Assembly: GCA_964429995.1 (NCBI GenBank)
Contig: CAYSDY010000001.1
Location: forward strand, 157,777 to 221,776
From: an uncultured Methanosarcinales archaeon
Lineage (GTDB): Archaea > Nanobdellota > Nanobdellia > Woesearchaeales > UBA583
Length of the DNA: 64,000 nucleotides
Direction: 5' to 3'
The translations under genes were made by a program, and so were the position numbers. Under the pieces are notes generated by a model. It was given only the letters and a program-made list of their open reading frames with translations. It was not told the DNA's origin and made no database searches. This document shows, one piece after another, positions 9,327 to 18,973 of this stretch; positions within the stretch are counted from its first letter, which is position 1; every line of letters starts with the position of its first letter.

Positions 9327-10916
9327 TCAATCATAATTACCATATAATAATTTTGCCCAATCGTTTCCCTGTTTGTTTGAATATATTTTATCTTTGTACA
9401 ATAAAGAATAATCATTATCTCCAGCATATTTATTTGTATTTATATCATATGTTCCATTTTCTGCTATAAGTACAACTGGATATTCCTGTTTTATGTAACT
9501 GTTACCATCTAAAACTATCTTGAAAGAATATTGTGATATATTTTCACTACCTGTATTAAGGTCTAACTCTACTGTATCAAAATTGTTTCTTGACCCTTCA
9601 CCAGTCATGTTTCCAGATTCAAGTTCTACTTTTTTTATGTTTGAATTTTCTTCATAATAAACAGAAATACTATATTCAAAGTATGTATCTTCTCTGCCTT
9701 TTATGTAATAGGAATATGTTAGATATGTTTTGTTATCTGGAGTTATTGCTGTTCTGTAGGCTCTTAAGTCTGATATAACTTCTATACATAATTTGTCATC
9801 TGTACATCCATATGTTGTAACACCTCCATCATTTTCAATATTTTTATCTAAATATCCTTCTATTTTATCATAACATATCTGTGAGGCAACACTTTCACGC
9901 AAAAAAATAGGAAGATTATCATAGTTGGCTTCAAATCCAAATAATTTTGCAGCATTAACTCCAGCACTATCTGGATTTGTTATAAGATCTATTATTGAAT
10001 ATGCATTTTTAACTTTTACACGTTCGTTTTTAATTGCAGGATTTACAACTGATAGTGCCATATCAGCTTTTTGTATGCATGCATCATCCTGACAATTTGC
10101 TTTGGCATTATCAATTTGCAATTTTAAGGTTTTTAAATCATCATATGAAGGATCATTTATGTTTAAACTTTTTAATGTATCTTCTATGTTTTTTTTTACG
10201 TAATCTTTAATTGCAGAATTTGTCTTGTCAGGATCAGGCTGTGTTAAACCTCTTATTGCATCTAATGTGTTAGCTTCAATTTTATCTAAAACTGTTTTTT
10301 TATTCATAAATTTGCATAGGCCTGTAAACCATCCATTTGAACATTCTGCCTGTGTTATTTTTTGATTTATATATTCTAAATTTTCTGGACTTAATCCAGA
10401 ATATACTTCAAACATCTGTTCTGATGGAATTTCATTTATTATCTGATCGTATTTTTTACATTCATCTTTATCACTACAAGTCTGAATTTGTTCTATAGCT
10501 TTTAAATATACAGAGCTATCTCTTAGAATTCCTGATGATGATAAAATTTGTTTTTCATTTGAGGAAAATTCAGCAAGAGGATTTGTTTTATAATCTTGTA
10601 TTATACTATCATATGTTTTTTGGACATCTTTACTGTTTTTAGTTGAACCAGAATACGTAACTTGTGAATTTGTTCCTTTTATTTTTTGCATTATAAGTAA
10701 AAAATCATATCTATTCTCTGTTTGAAACGCTTTGCCTTTTAATTTTCCAATTGAAACTTCTTCATTAAATGTTGCAATTAAACCTTTTGTTATATCTGTT
10801 TGTGGTGATGTTTGTTGTGTTTTGCCTTCACTAACAACTTGTAATGCAAAAACATTAATAAATTCTACAAGGCATAAAAAAATAAGCATTATAAATATTG
10901 TCTTTTTAAATCGCAT
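9327..10916 (-). CDS. Secreted Cys-containing hypothetical protein (529 aa)
   Basis: An N-terminal signal peptide is MRFKKTIFIMLIFLCLVEFINVFA. There is no recognisable catalytic motif. Confidence 0.55.
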   Translation of the reverse strand: MRFKKTIFIMLIFLCLVEFINVFALQVVSEGKTQQTSPQTDITKGLIATFNEEVSIGKLKGKAFQTENRYDFLLIMQKIKGTNSQVTYSGSTKNSKDVQKTYDSIIQDYKTNPLAEFSSNEKQILSSSGILRDSSVYLKAIEQIQTCSDKDECKKYDQIINEIPSEQMFEVYSGLSPENLEYINQKITQAECSNGWFTGLCKFMNKKTVLDKIEANTLDAIRGLTQPDPDKTNSAIKDYVKKNIEDTLKSLNINDPSYDDLKTLKLQIDNAKANCQDDACIQKADMALSVVNPAIKNERVKVKNAYSIIDLITNPDSAGVNAAKLFGFEANYDNLPIFLRESVASQICYDKIEGYLDKNIENDGGVTTYGCTDDKLCIEVISDLRAYRTAITPDNKTYLTYSYYIKGREDTYFEYSISVYYEENSNIKKVELESGNMTGEGSRNNFDTVELDLNTGSENISQYSFKIVLDGNSYIKQEYPVVLIAENGTYDINTNKYAGDNDYSLLYKDKIYSNKQGNDWAKLLYGNYD

Positions 10917-11000
10917 AATTATTAATGTAAAATATGAATATATATATTTTTGCTATAACTCTAAATTATGAAAAAATTATTATATGAAAAAAGTGTTTAA

Positions 11001-11873
11001 TTAATTGTTAAAATCTTTAGCAGTGATTTTTTTTATGATTTCTTTTTCATATAGATATGACAGTTTTACTTCTAATTGTGAGTTGTACGATTCTTCATTG
11101 CTTCTTGAAAAATCGCAATAAACAACAGCCTTATTATTTATAAATTGTAGTTTCTCAGACTGCATAGAACATGTACCACTCTGAGAACCTAAAACTGCTT
11201 CAATTTCAAAACTTGGAGCATATTTTTCTAAAAAACATTCATCTCTTACTTTACCTGAATTCTTGTTTGATATTTCTAGTATAATTCTTATACTTGAATC
11301 GTGATTTACTATATCTTTTATGGATACGCCCAAAACTCCATTTTCATATTGATATGAATCTGATTCAGAATCACATTTGTTTGTTTTCTGTGAGGGAATA
11401 CATATCTGTTTTACATATCTTGTACTTGCCTTATAACAGTATTGAAATTTTGCATTAAATAAGTATTGTTTTTCAAAATCTTCTATACTTACATCTGTTA
11501 TTACAAAATCAGCAAGAACTCCTTTGCCTGAATTCTCAGTTGCCTTTGATATTTTTGGAATAGAATATGAATAATCAAGCCCATTTACGTAACTTTTATC
11601 AAAACCACTTACTTTTAGAGAAAGTCCTTCTATATCTGTATCATGATTATTTTGCCATATAAACCCAAAATTGAATTTTTGTCCTTTATAAACTGTTGAT
11701 GGAGGATTGTTCTCGCTAAATGTAAGCTCAACACCTGAATATTTATCAACTTTTTCTCCAGAACTAGAGCTCCAACCACTTGTTTTGGTGTCACTTCCAC
11801 TCAAATCAGAAAAACTGCATCCTGAAAAAAAGAGCAAGCTTATCATTAAAATCAATATATATTTATTGTTCAT
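11001..11873 (-). CDS. Lipoprotein (lipobox LLFFSGC), hypothetical
   Basis: The signal peptide plus FFSGC lipobox come after the internal Met MNNKYIL. The longer tracked start (11918) overlaps the next gene. Confidence 0.55.
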   Translation of the reverse strand: MNNKYILILMISLLFFSGCSFSDLSGSDTKTSGWSSSSGEKVDKYSGVELTFSENNPPSTVYKGQKFNFGFIWQNNHDTDIEGLSLKVSGFDKSYVNGLDYSYSIPKISKATENSGKGVLADFVITDVSIEDFEKQYLFNAKFQYCYKASTRYVKQICIPSQKTNKCDSESDSYQYENGVLGVSIKDIVNHDSSIRIILEISNKNSGKVRDECFLEKYAPSFEIEAVLGSQSGTCSMQSEKLQFINNKAVVYCDFSRSNEESYNSQLEVKLSYLYEKEIIKKITAKDFNN

Positions 11874-12339
11874 TTTTCTTAGGTTCAAATTTTTTATAAT
11901 AGTCAAAGTACTCATCATTCCTTTTTATTATTGCATCAAGCAATATCTTTTTTATCTTTTCTTTAAATATATCTTCAAGACTCATAAACTCTAATATCCT
12001 GTAATTATTTTTAACCTTTTCAACAAGAAAAACATCCCTTAACCTTTTTAACTGCCTTCTTATGTTTGAATCAGCGGTTCCATTTATAGATAATCCATAC
12101 TGCTTTCTTATGTCAAGCAACTGATCTTTTATTTCTGTTGCAGAAAGTTCCTTTAGGTCGTTTTTGGATTTTTCAAGAATATAGAGTATGTCAACTATTA
12201 TATCTCTGGAATCTCCTGGCTGTAACAAACCTAGAGATAAGCATATCTTTTTTAGCGTATCACGCTGTTCCAAATTATGAGGTATTTCATATCTTCTTAA
12301 TGTGACCTCCATTAAAGGGGTTTCACTAAAATTAACCAT
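11863..12339 (-). CDS. Hypothetical protein, possible winged-helix regulator
   Basis: It is a 158-aa helical protein. No diagnostic motif is present. Confidence 0.4.
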   Translation of the reverse strand: MVNFSETPLMEVTLRRYEIPHNLEQRDTLKKICLSLGLLQPGDSRDIIVDILYILEKSKNDLKELSATEIKDQLLDIRKQYGLSINGTADSNIRRQLKRLRDVFLVEKVKNNYRILEFMSLEDIFKEKIKKILLDAIIKRNDEYFDYYKKFEPKKNEQ

Positions 12340-12537
12340 ATTAGTAGAACAAAAACTTTCTTTAAATATTTTTCTATAATATACATAAAATAGTTATAAT
12401 TTATTAAACAATACTGTTTATTTATAAAAAGGGAAAATGTTTTGTAAAAAATTGATAAATTATTGTTTACTTTAAAATGGTTATAAAAAAAAGATGAATT
12501 TAACAAGTTTTATTAATTCTGTATTACTTCTAATATT

Positions 12538-13602
12538 ATGTTTAAAATAAATAAAGTTGAGCCTGCAAACTTTTACATAGATAAAGCCATAAGCATGATG
12601 GAAGAATTTGCAACAAAAAAAAGAAAAGAAATTGATGATAGATTTTTTGCAAGCAAAGCAGTAAAGGATAAGTCTGCAATTGAAATAAACCTTGATAAGA
12701 GAAAAGATTTAGAACTTGATAAAATAAGATTCTTAAATGAAAACATCAGAAATTCTGTAAAAAAAATAATTTCTGATTTTCCAAAATTTACAAAATTAAA
12801 TCCTGTATATCTAAAACTGGTTGATACAAATGAGTTTAGAGTAAGTGATGTTGAAGAAGCTCTAAAAAGATTAAACTGGATAATAGTTTATGCTGATGAA
12901 CTGACTCAAAACAGTGAATTTAAGATTAAAAAATCAAGAAACCAGCAAACTATCGGATTTATAATGAAAAAACATTTAGGTAAAATCAATTCTCTTTTTA
13001 GAAAAAATAAGGATAATTTTGCAATATTGGAAAATACAAGAAAATTTATGAATCAGTTACCCACATTTATAGAGATGTTTACTGTTGCAATCGCTGGATT
13101 TCCAAATGTTGGAAAGTCAACATTGATGAATAAGATTACTGGATCAAAGGTTGAAATTCAAAATTATCCTTTTACAACAAAAGGATTGATGTTTGGATAT
13201 ATTGAGAATGAAAAAAAAGAAAAAGAAATTCAATTTATAGATACACCTGGCCTTCTTGGAAGAAATAAAAACAATGATATAGAAAAAAGAGCGGATATAA
13301 TAATAAAAGAATATTGTGACATTATAGTTTTCGTCTTTGATGCAACAGAAATTTGTGGTTTTAAAACAGATGAACAACTAAAATTATTAAGGCAGACTAA
13401 AGCTTTTGATAAGAAGATAATACTATATTTTAGTAAAAAAGATGTATATGAGAAAGAAGAAGATGAATTTATGAAAGAAAACGAAAACATTTTTAAGAAT
13501 TTTGAATGCTTTGATGATCACAAAAAACTTCTTGAACATATTCTAAGTATAAAAAATAAGAAAAATAAATTTGATATAAGGAATATAAAAGTTATAAGAT
13601 AA
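12538..13602 (+). CDS. NOG1-family GTP-binding protein
   Basis: G1 AGFPNVGKST, G2 PFTT and G3 DTPG follow an N-terminal NOG1 helical domain. Length is 354 aa. Confidence 0.8.
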   Translation: MFKINKVEPANFYIDKAISMMEEFATKKRKEIDDRFFASKAVKDKSAIEINLDKRKDLELDKIRFLNENIRNSVKKIISDFPKFTKLNPVYLKLVDTNEFRVSDVEEALKRLNWIIVYADELTQNSEFKIKKSRNQQTIGFIMKKHLGKINSLFRKNKDNFAILENTRKFMNQLPTFIEMFTVAIAGFPNVGKSTLMNKITGSKVEIQNYPFTTKGLMFGYIENEKKEKEIQFIDTPGLLGRNKNNDIEKRADIIIKEYCDIIVFVFDATEICGFKTDEQLKLLRQTKAFDKKIILYFSKKDVYEKEEDEFMKENENIFKNFECFDDHKKLLEHILSIKNKKNKFDIRNIKVIR

Positions 13603-13796
13603 AATCTACAATATAAATTAAATTTCTATTCTTAAATTGCTGGTTTTAACATTTTTATCAATATCCTTTTATTAAACGATACTAGGATGTTATATCTAAA
13701 ATTTGATAATATAATTTTATGTTTAGATAAAAATGTTTTTAACGATAAACAATAAAATTTTTAAATGATTACTTGTTTTTTATATTTATTACTTTT

Positions 13797-13869
13797 GCAC
13801 TTGTGGCTTAGTGGCTATAGCGGCGGTCTTGTAAACCGCAGGTCGCGCGTTCAACTCGCGCCAAGTGCT
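13797..13869 (+). tRNA. tRNA-Thr (anticodon UGU)
   Basis: A manual fold gives acceptor GCACTTG/CAAGTGC, D-stem GCTT/TAGC, anticodon stem GCGGT/ACCGC with loop CTTGTAA, and T-arm GCGCG-TTCAACT-CGCGC. A TATA-like tttatattta lies ~20 nt upstream. Confidence 0.85.
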
Positions 13870-13887
13870 CTTTATATTTTAAAAGAC

Positions 13888-14739
13888 TTATTTAATGATG
13901 TTATAAAATTCTTGTTCGCTGATTTTATAAGATGTCCATAACCCTTGGCACTGTGATGATAGTTTACATGTATTACAAAATGAGTATTTTGTTTTTTCGT
14001 TATTTGTTTTATTTTTTATACATAACAGCGTTTGCTTACCTATGTAAACTTTTTTTTCAGATTCAAACGAAATATGATCTTTATTTGTTATGCATAAAGG
14101 AAAATCTAAAAATTTAACTGATTCATCACTAATCTCTTTTGTTTTATTTTTCAAGATATTGATATCTGGAAGTAATTTGCCCAATTCTTCATTTAAAATT
14201 CCTATAGGACTCATTAATGTTAATAGTATAGAAGATGAATTAATCTCTTTTAAAAATATCACAATTTCTTTAATATAATTTTGATTAAAACTACATATTA
14301 CTGTATTTGTAGTAAAAGGATATTTTCTTTTATTTAGTATTTTAATTGCAGATAAAACCTGAAAAAAACTTTGGTTTGAACCTGTAATTAAATCATGAAT
14401 ATCTGCTTTATGAGCATGAATTGAAATGCCTATATTTACTTTTAGAGATATTAACCTGTCTAAATATGACTCAACTGAAAGCATTCTTGCATTAGTCTGG
14501 ATATTAATATTTTTTATCCCTATTTTTCTTGCAAAAATTATTATATGGATTAAATCTTTTCTTAATGTTGGTTCGCCACCAACAAGATACAGGGTATTCA
14601 TAGACTTGTTTTTTAATAATATATTTTTTATTTCAGAAAAGCTTGGACTTTTAAAATTAAGTTTTTTATTTGAACAAAATCTGCAATTATTATTACATTC
14701 ATTTCCAAGTATTAATTCAAAACTTTTTATTTTTGTCAT
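13888..14739 (-). CDS. Radical SAM protein with C-terminal SPASM/twitch-like Cys cluster
   Basis: CNNNCRFC is a Cx3Cx2C motif near the N-terminus. C-terminal CxxC...C clusters are CNTCKLSSQC and CITNK...LLC. Length is 283 aa. Confidence 0.7.
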   Translation of the reverse strand: MTKIKSFELILGNECNNNCRFCSNKKLNFKSPSFSEIKNILLKNKSMNTLYLVGGEPTLRKDLIHIIIFARKIGIKNINIQTNARMLSVESYLDRLISLKVNIGISIHAHKADIHDLITGSNQSFFQVLSAIKILNKRKYPFTTNTVICSFNQNYIKEIVIFLKEINSSSILLTLMSPIGILNEELGKLLPDINILKNKTKEISDESVKFLDFPLCITNKDHISFESEKKVYIGKQTLLCIKNKTNNEKTKYSFCNTCKLSSQCQGLWTSYKISEQEFYNIIK

Positions 14740-14777
14740 ATTGTTTTAAATGAGGGATATATTAAGAAGTGTCCAAC

Positions 14778-15461
14778 CTATCTTATTTTCCTTATCTCTT
14801 TTTCGTTTTTTAAGTGTTCTTTGTTGTAAAAATGTATTATTTCTTTGTATTCTTTTTTAAATAGTTTAAAAATTGTAGTTTTCACATCACAATCCTGATA
14901 AAAAAGACTAAGATTATCAAGAATCATCTCAGATGCGCCTTGATCTATAAGCACATATAGGATCATTAATATTTCAGTATCTTTTTTATATTTTTTTTCA
15001 GGGTTATAGTTCTTTAATTCAAAAGCTATTGTGTCTTGATTATAATTGCCAGAAATTGCTGATGAGATAGAGTTGGTTAGATATTTGTAATAAAGTTTGT
15101 AATCTTTTGTTTCCTTAAAAAAATTTTTGCAAAGATACATCTTGTATAAACAATCATCAATCATTATTATCAATTGCTTATTAAGGTTATCTGAAAAAAT
15201 TGGCTCTAAATTTTCAGGACTTACTATATTTATTTCATTTGAATAATCAACATAACCCGAAAAAATTCCTAACTTTTCTCCCTGTATTCCTAGTCCGCTT
15301 ATTAATCGTGTAGCATCATCAAAAATATTAACTGTAAAATCAATCGATGCAATTTTTAGTCGTTTTGTTATGTTTTCATTTCTATCTATACAGATAGCTT
15401 TTATCCTGTTACTTATCTCTAAGTTTTCTTTTTTTTGCGGAATAGTTTTTATTTGTATCAT
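14778..15461 (-). CDS. Hypothetical protein (227 aa)
   Basis: The ORF is tightly packed between the rSAM gene and TatD. No motif is recognised. Confidence 0.45.
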   Translation of the reverse strand: MIQIKTIPQKKENLEISNRIKAICIDRNENITKRLKIASIDFTVNIFDDATRLISGLGIQGEKLGIFSGYVDYSNEINIVSPENLEPIFSDNLNKQLIIMIDDCLYKMYLCKNFFKETKDYKLYYKYLTNSISSAISGNYNQDTIAFELKNYNPEKKYKKDTEILMILYVLIDQGASEMILDNLSLFYQDCDVKTTIFKLFKKEYKEIIHFYNKEHLKNEKEIRKIR

Positions 15462-15463
15462 TT

Positions 15464-16231
15464 TTATAAAAATATTTTCATGTAATTGTTGTATATTATG
15501 TTTTCTATTTCATGCCTATTTAAACCTTTGATTTCTGCTATCTTATCATATATTACAGGAATATTTAAGGGTGTATTCCTTTCTTTTGAAGGATTAAGGA
15601 AAGGAGAATCTGTTTCAACAAGCAGAAGATTTGCAGGAAGATTTTGTACTAAATCCTGAAAACTTTTTGTATTGGTTATTATCATTGGAATTGAACATGA
15701 AATCCTTAAATCTTTTATTTTTGATATATATTTTTTTTTACCCGAAAAGCAATGTAATATAACTTTTCTATATTTTGAATCTTTTAGATATTCTTCTAAT
15801 ATTTTAAGAACATCTTCTTCAGCTTTTCTTGTATGTATTATGATGGGTTTATTTAACTCTAATGCAAGCTCAAGCATGTTTTTGAAAATATGTACTTGTT
15901 TTTCAAATTCTGATTCAGAAGGATTACAATGTCTATCAAGCCCTACTTCGCCTATTGCAATAAAATTATCTTTATTTTTTTTTAAATATGATATGTAAGT
16001 ATTTAAATCCTTCTCGCTTAAGTTATGTGCATCTTCTGGATACAGACCTGCACATATTTTGACTACATCTTCATATCCTTTAAATAATTTTTTAGAATCA
16101 ATAAAATTTTGAAAACTTGTTGTGTTTGATAAAGTAATGATATTATTTAATTTCATCTGTTTAAATATGTTTTTTCTATCATTATTAAAATCGTCAAAAT
16201 CCATATGTGAATGAACATCTATTAATATCAT
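15464..16231 (-). CDS. tatD: TatD-family metal-dependent hydrolase/DNase
   Basis: An N-terminal IDVHSHMD motif is followed by conserved His/Asp/Glu along a TIM barrel. Length is 255 aa. Confidence 0.75.
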   Translation of the reverse strand: MILIDVHSHMDFDDFNNDRKNIFKQMKLNNIITLSNTTSFQNFIDSKKLFKGYEDVVKICAGLYPEDAHNLSEKDLNTYISYLKKNKDNFIAIGEVGLDRHCNPSESEFEKQVHIFKNMLELALELNKPIIIHTRKAEEDVLKILEEYLKDSKYRKVILHCFSGKKKYISKIKDLRISCSIPMIITNTKSFQDLVQNLPANLLLVETDSPFLNPSKERNTPLNIPVIYDKIAEIKGLNRHEIENIIYNNYMKIFL

Positions 16232-16250
16232 TTTAAAAAATAAAATTTAA

Positions 16251-17888
16251 TCATTCCTCTTCAGAATTTTCTTCTTCTCTTTCTTTTCTTGTTGTCATTA
16301 TTATTCTTAACATTGCTGCATATGCTGGTCTTGTTATAAGAACTCCTATTGTAATTCCAAGTAATATCATGAAACAGAAACCCTGAAGCATTTTTAATCC
16401 TGCAAACATTAAAGGAACCATTGCTGCAACTGTTGTAAAATATGCAACCATTATTACATAAAATGCATTTTTTATTTTCTTTTTGGATTTTACTTCAGTT
16501 TTATTTTTTTTGAAGTATTCATCAGTTATTATTATCTGATCATCAACACCTGTTCCTATTGCAGCAATAAGACCTCCTATTGCAGCAAGATCTATTGTTA
16601 TCATTTTATTTAACATTCCAGCAACTCCTAATATTATTATGACTTCTCCTATTAGTGCTATAAATATTGATACGAATATTCCAGGATGTCTATACCTTAG
16701 AGCAACTATCATGGACACAAAAAAGAGTGCCATTATTCCAACAAAAAGAGCATTGTCAAGCAATTTTTCACCTATGTTTGTTGAAATTGAGTATGACTGA
16801 ACTATTTCTAATCTTGATGGTAATGATTTGGTAGAAAGTATTGTCTGTAAAAACTTCATTTCCCTGTTCCCACTATCTATTGCCTGTTTTTCAGTATCCA
16901 TTGTCCTTCCAGATACTGTAATGCTTGGAGTTGTAACTTTTTCATATTTAAATGATGATGCAACGTTTAAACAAGTGATTTCTTTTGAGTCAAGATAAAA
17001 ACATAATTTTTCAGACAAATATCCATCTGATTTTTCACTTAGAGAACTTGCTATATTAAGCATATTGTCTGCAGCCTTTGAATTTATTTCAACTGTAAAC
17101 CTGTAACTACAAATATGTCCTTCTGTATTCTGACTACAACCCTGAAGTCCTGCATGTTGTGGATCGTTAAAGACTTTATAAACATCTTCGCCTGTGAATA
17201 CAGTTTGGTTTCCTATTTTAGCTTCAAAAATTCCCTGCCTTTTAACTAAGTCATATATTTCATTCTTTTTTGAAGAACTTGATTCTATTATTACAAATTT
17301 TTCTTTTGTGTACTGATCATTTAATTCTGAAACTTTTGTACCAGAAGCACCATAGATATCAAGTCTGTTTTTTATTGATGTTAAAAGAAGATCAAATTCA
17401 GAATCTGTGATTTCATCTGTTGGTCTTAATATCAACCTTGAACCTCCTTCTAGATCTATTCCAAGCTTAATATTTGAAGAATGCTTTTCTTCAACACTTA
17501 TACCTAAGGATTCAGAAATTGTATCATTCTCACTAAGATTAATATTTAATGAATATCCTGATGGTTTTTTGTTAGTCCTTATAATAACTGATTGATGGCC
17601 TGATAACTTTGATATGGCATTATAATAATCGTTTAATGTTTCTATTTGATCATTATTTACATAAGTTATCTGTTCATAACTTACAGGATTTAATCCTGAA
17701 TCAAATGTCATGTGGGCATTTTCAGCAAAAGAACCCATGGCAATGCCGTTTATTACAACCCCTTTGTTGTTAAAAGGAAGATTGAAGCCAAAAACCATAA
17801 AGTATGAACATATAAGAAGAAAAACAAGAAAGATTACTCTTGGATTTTTCATTATGTCTACAAGTTTTATTTTAATTCCTTCTTTCAT
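16251..17888 (-). CDS. secD: Protein-export membrane protein SecD
   Basis: It has an N-terminal TM, a large periplasmic-like domain, and a C-terminal 5-6 TM bundle with a Gly-rich AIGGLIAAIGTGVDD motif. Confidence 0.65.
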   Translation of the reverse strand: MKEGIKIKLVDIMKNPRVIFLVFLLICSYFMVFGFNLPFNNKGVVINGIAMGSFAENAHMTFDSGLNPVSYEQITYVNNDQIETLNDYYNAISKLSGHQSVIIRTNKKPSGYSLNINLSENDTISESLGISVEEKHSSNIKLGIDLEGGSRLILRPTDEITDSEFDLLLTSIKNRLDIYGASGTKVSELNDQYTKEKFVIIESSSSKKNEIYDLVKRQGIFEAKIGNQTVFTGEDVYKVFNDPQHAGLQGCSQNTEGHICSYRFTVEINSKAADNMLNIASSLSEKSDGYLSEKLCFYLDSKEITCLNVASSFKYEKVTTPSITVSGRTMDTEKQAIDSGNREMKFLQTILSTKSLPSRLEIVQSYSISTNIGEKLLDNALFVGIMALFFVSMIVALRYRHPGIFVSIFIALIGEVIIILGVAGMLNKMITIDLAAIGGLIAAIGTGVDDQIIITDEYFKKNKTEVKSKKKIKNAFYVIMVAYFTTVAAMVPLMFAGLKMLQGFCFMILLGITIGVLITRPAYAAMLRIIMTTRKEREEENSEEE

Positions 17889-17939
17889 ATTTTATTTTAA
17901 CATAAGTTATTTTATAAAGTTTTACCAACTATTTATGAT

Positions 17940-18464
17940 ATGGACAATGAAACCTTAAAAACAATGATTTACTATGATGGAATCGTAAAAGGTTATGATG
18001 CACTTTACTATGATGAACAGAAAAAAAAAATAGAATCAATTAAGGATATTTTTCCTAATTTTGGAATAATGCTTGATCTTGGTTCTGGGACAGGGATAAT
18101 TAACAAATATGTGCATGATAAAAAAAATCTTATAGTTATTGCAACGGATTTAAGCTTTAAAATGCTAAAGCAAAACAAAACTTTTTTTAAAATTCAGGCA
18201 GATGCATTATCAATACCTTTTAAAAACAAGTCTTTTGATTTTATAACTTCTTTTAGCGTAATCCAGGATGTTTTATGTATTGATACTTTTCTTAAAAACA
18301 CATGGAATATCCTTAAGGATAATGGAATATTTGTACTTTCTTTTATAAAAATTTCATCAAAGAGAGATAATATAGAAAAATTGGTTGAAAAAAAGTTTAT
18401 AAAAATTGAATATCTTGAAGAAGAAAAGGATGTAATTTTAATATTAAAAAAAATTATTCGCTGA
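17940..18464 (+). CDS. Class I SAM-dependent methyltransferase
   Basis: MLDLGSGTGI is motif I and ADALSIPF is motif II-like. Confidence 0.7.
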   Translation: MDNETLKTMIYYDGIVKGYDALYYDEQKKKIESIKDIFPNFGIMLDLGSGTGIINKYVHDKKNLIVIATDLSFKMLKQNKTFFKIQADALSIPFKNKSFDFITSFSVIQDVLCIDTFLKNTWNILKDNGIFVLSFIKISSKRDNIEKLVEKKFIKIEYLEEEKDVILILKKIIR

Positions 18465-18801
18465 TCCTTTTTTTTCTGCTGACAAGAGCCTTTGTCTGAA
18501 GCAATGATACAACTTCATCTATGTCCCTATCCATTTTATTAAAATGCTCTATAACGTACAAATATACTATAAAAAGCAATAATGTTGCAATAACCAGTGT
18601 TACAGCCAAAAGATTTTTTGAAAGAATTTGAACTGTAGTTGAATATAAAGCAAGTGCTATTAATAGTACATAAACTATCACTGTTTTTGACAAAATCAGG
18701 CTATATTTTTCTTTATTAAGTTTAGTCTTTTCTATTATCAACCCAATTACTGCATTGTCCAGCAAATTAAAATCTATATTTTTTTCTTCTTGTTTTAACA
18801 T
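18454..18801 (-). CDS. Small hypothetical membrane protein
   Basis: Its 115 aa include two hydrophobic helices. Confidence 0.4.
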   Translation of the reverse strand: MLKQEEKNIDFNLLDNAVIGLIIEKTKLNKEKYSLILSKTVIVYVLLIALALYSTTVQILSKNLLAVTLVIATLLLFIVYLYVIEHFNKMDRDIDEVVSLLQTKALVSRKKRISE

Positions 18802-18973
18802 ACTATTTTTCTTTCACTTTTATATATAGACATTTCTTACTTTTTAAAAGTGATAAAAAAGTGTTGAAAAAACCTTTATTTATAACTAAAGATTTGTCTA
18901 TGTCTTTTTTGTAATTATTTAACTATTGTTTTTAATAACAAACTTTTAAAAAGCCTTTTTTATTGAATATTTC

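Noticed and set aside
12312-12506. 64-aa ORF in the divergent promoter region between 11863..12339 and the NOG1 GTPase gene
   Set aside because: It overlaps the start of the upstream gene, lies in an AT-rich promoter region and has a low-complexity sequence. It is probably not coding.
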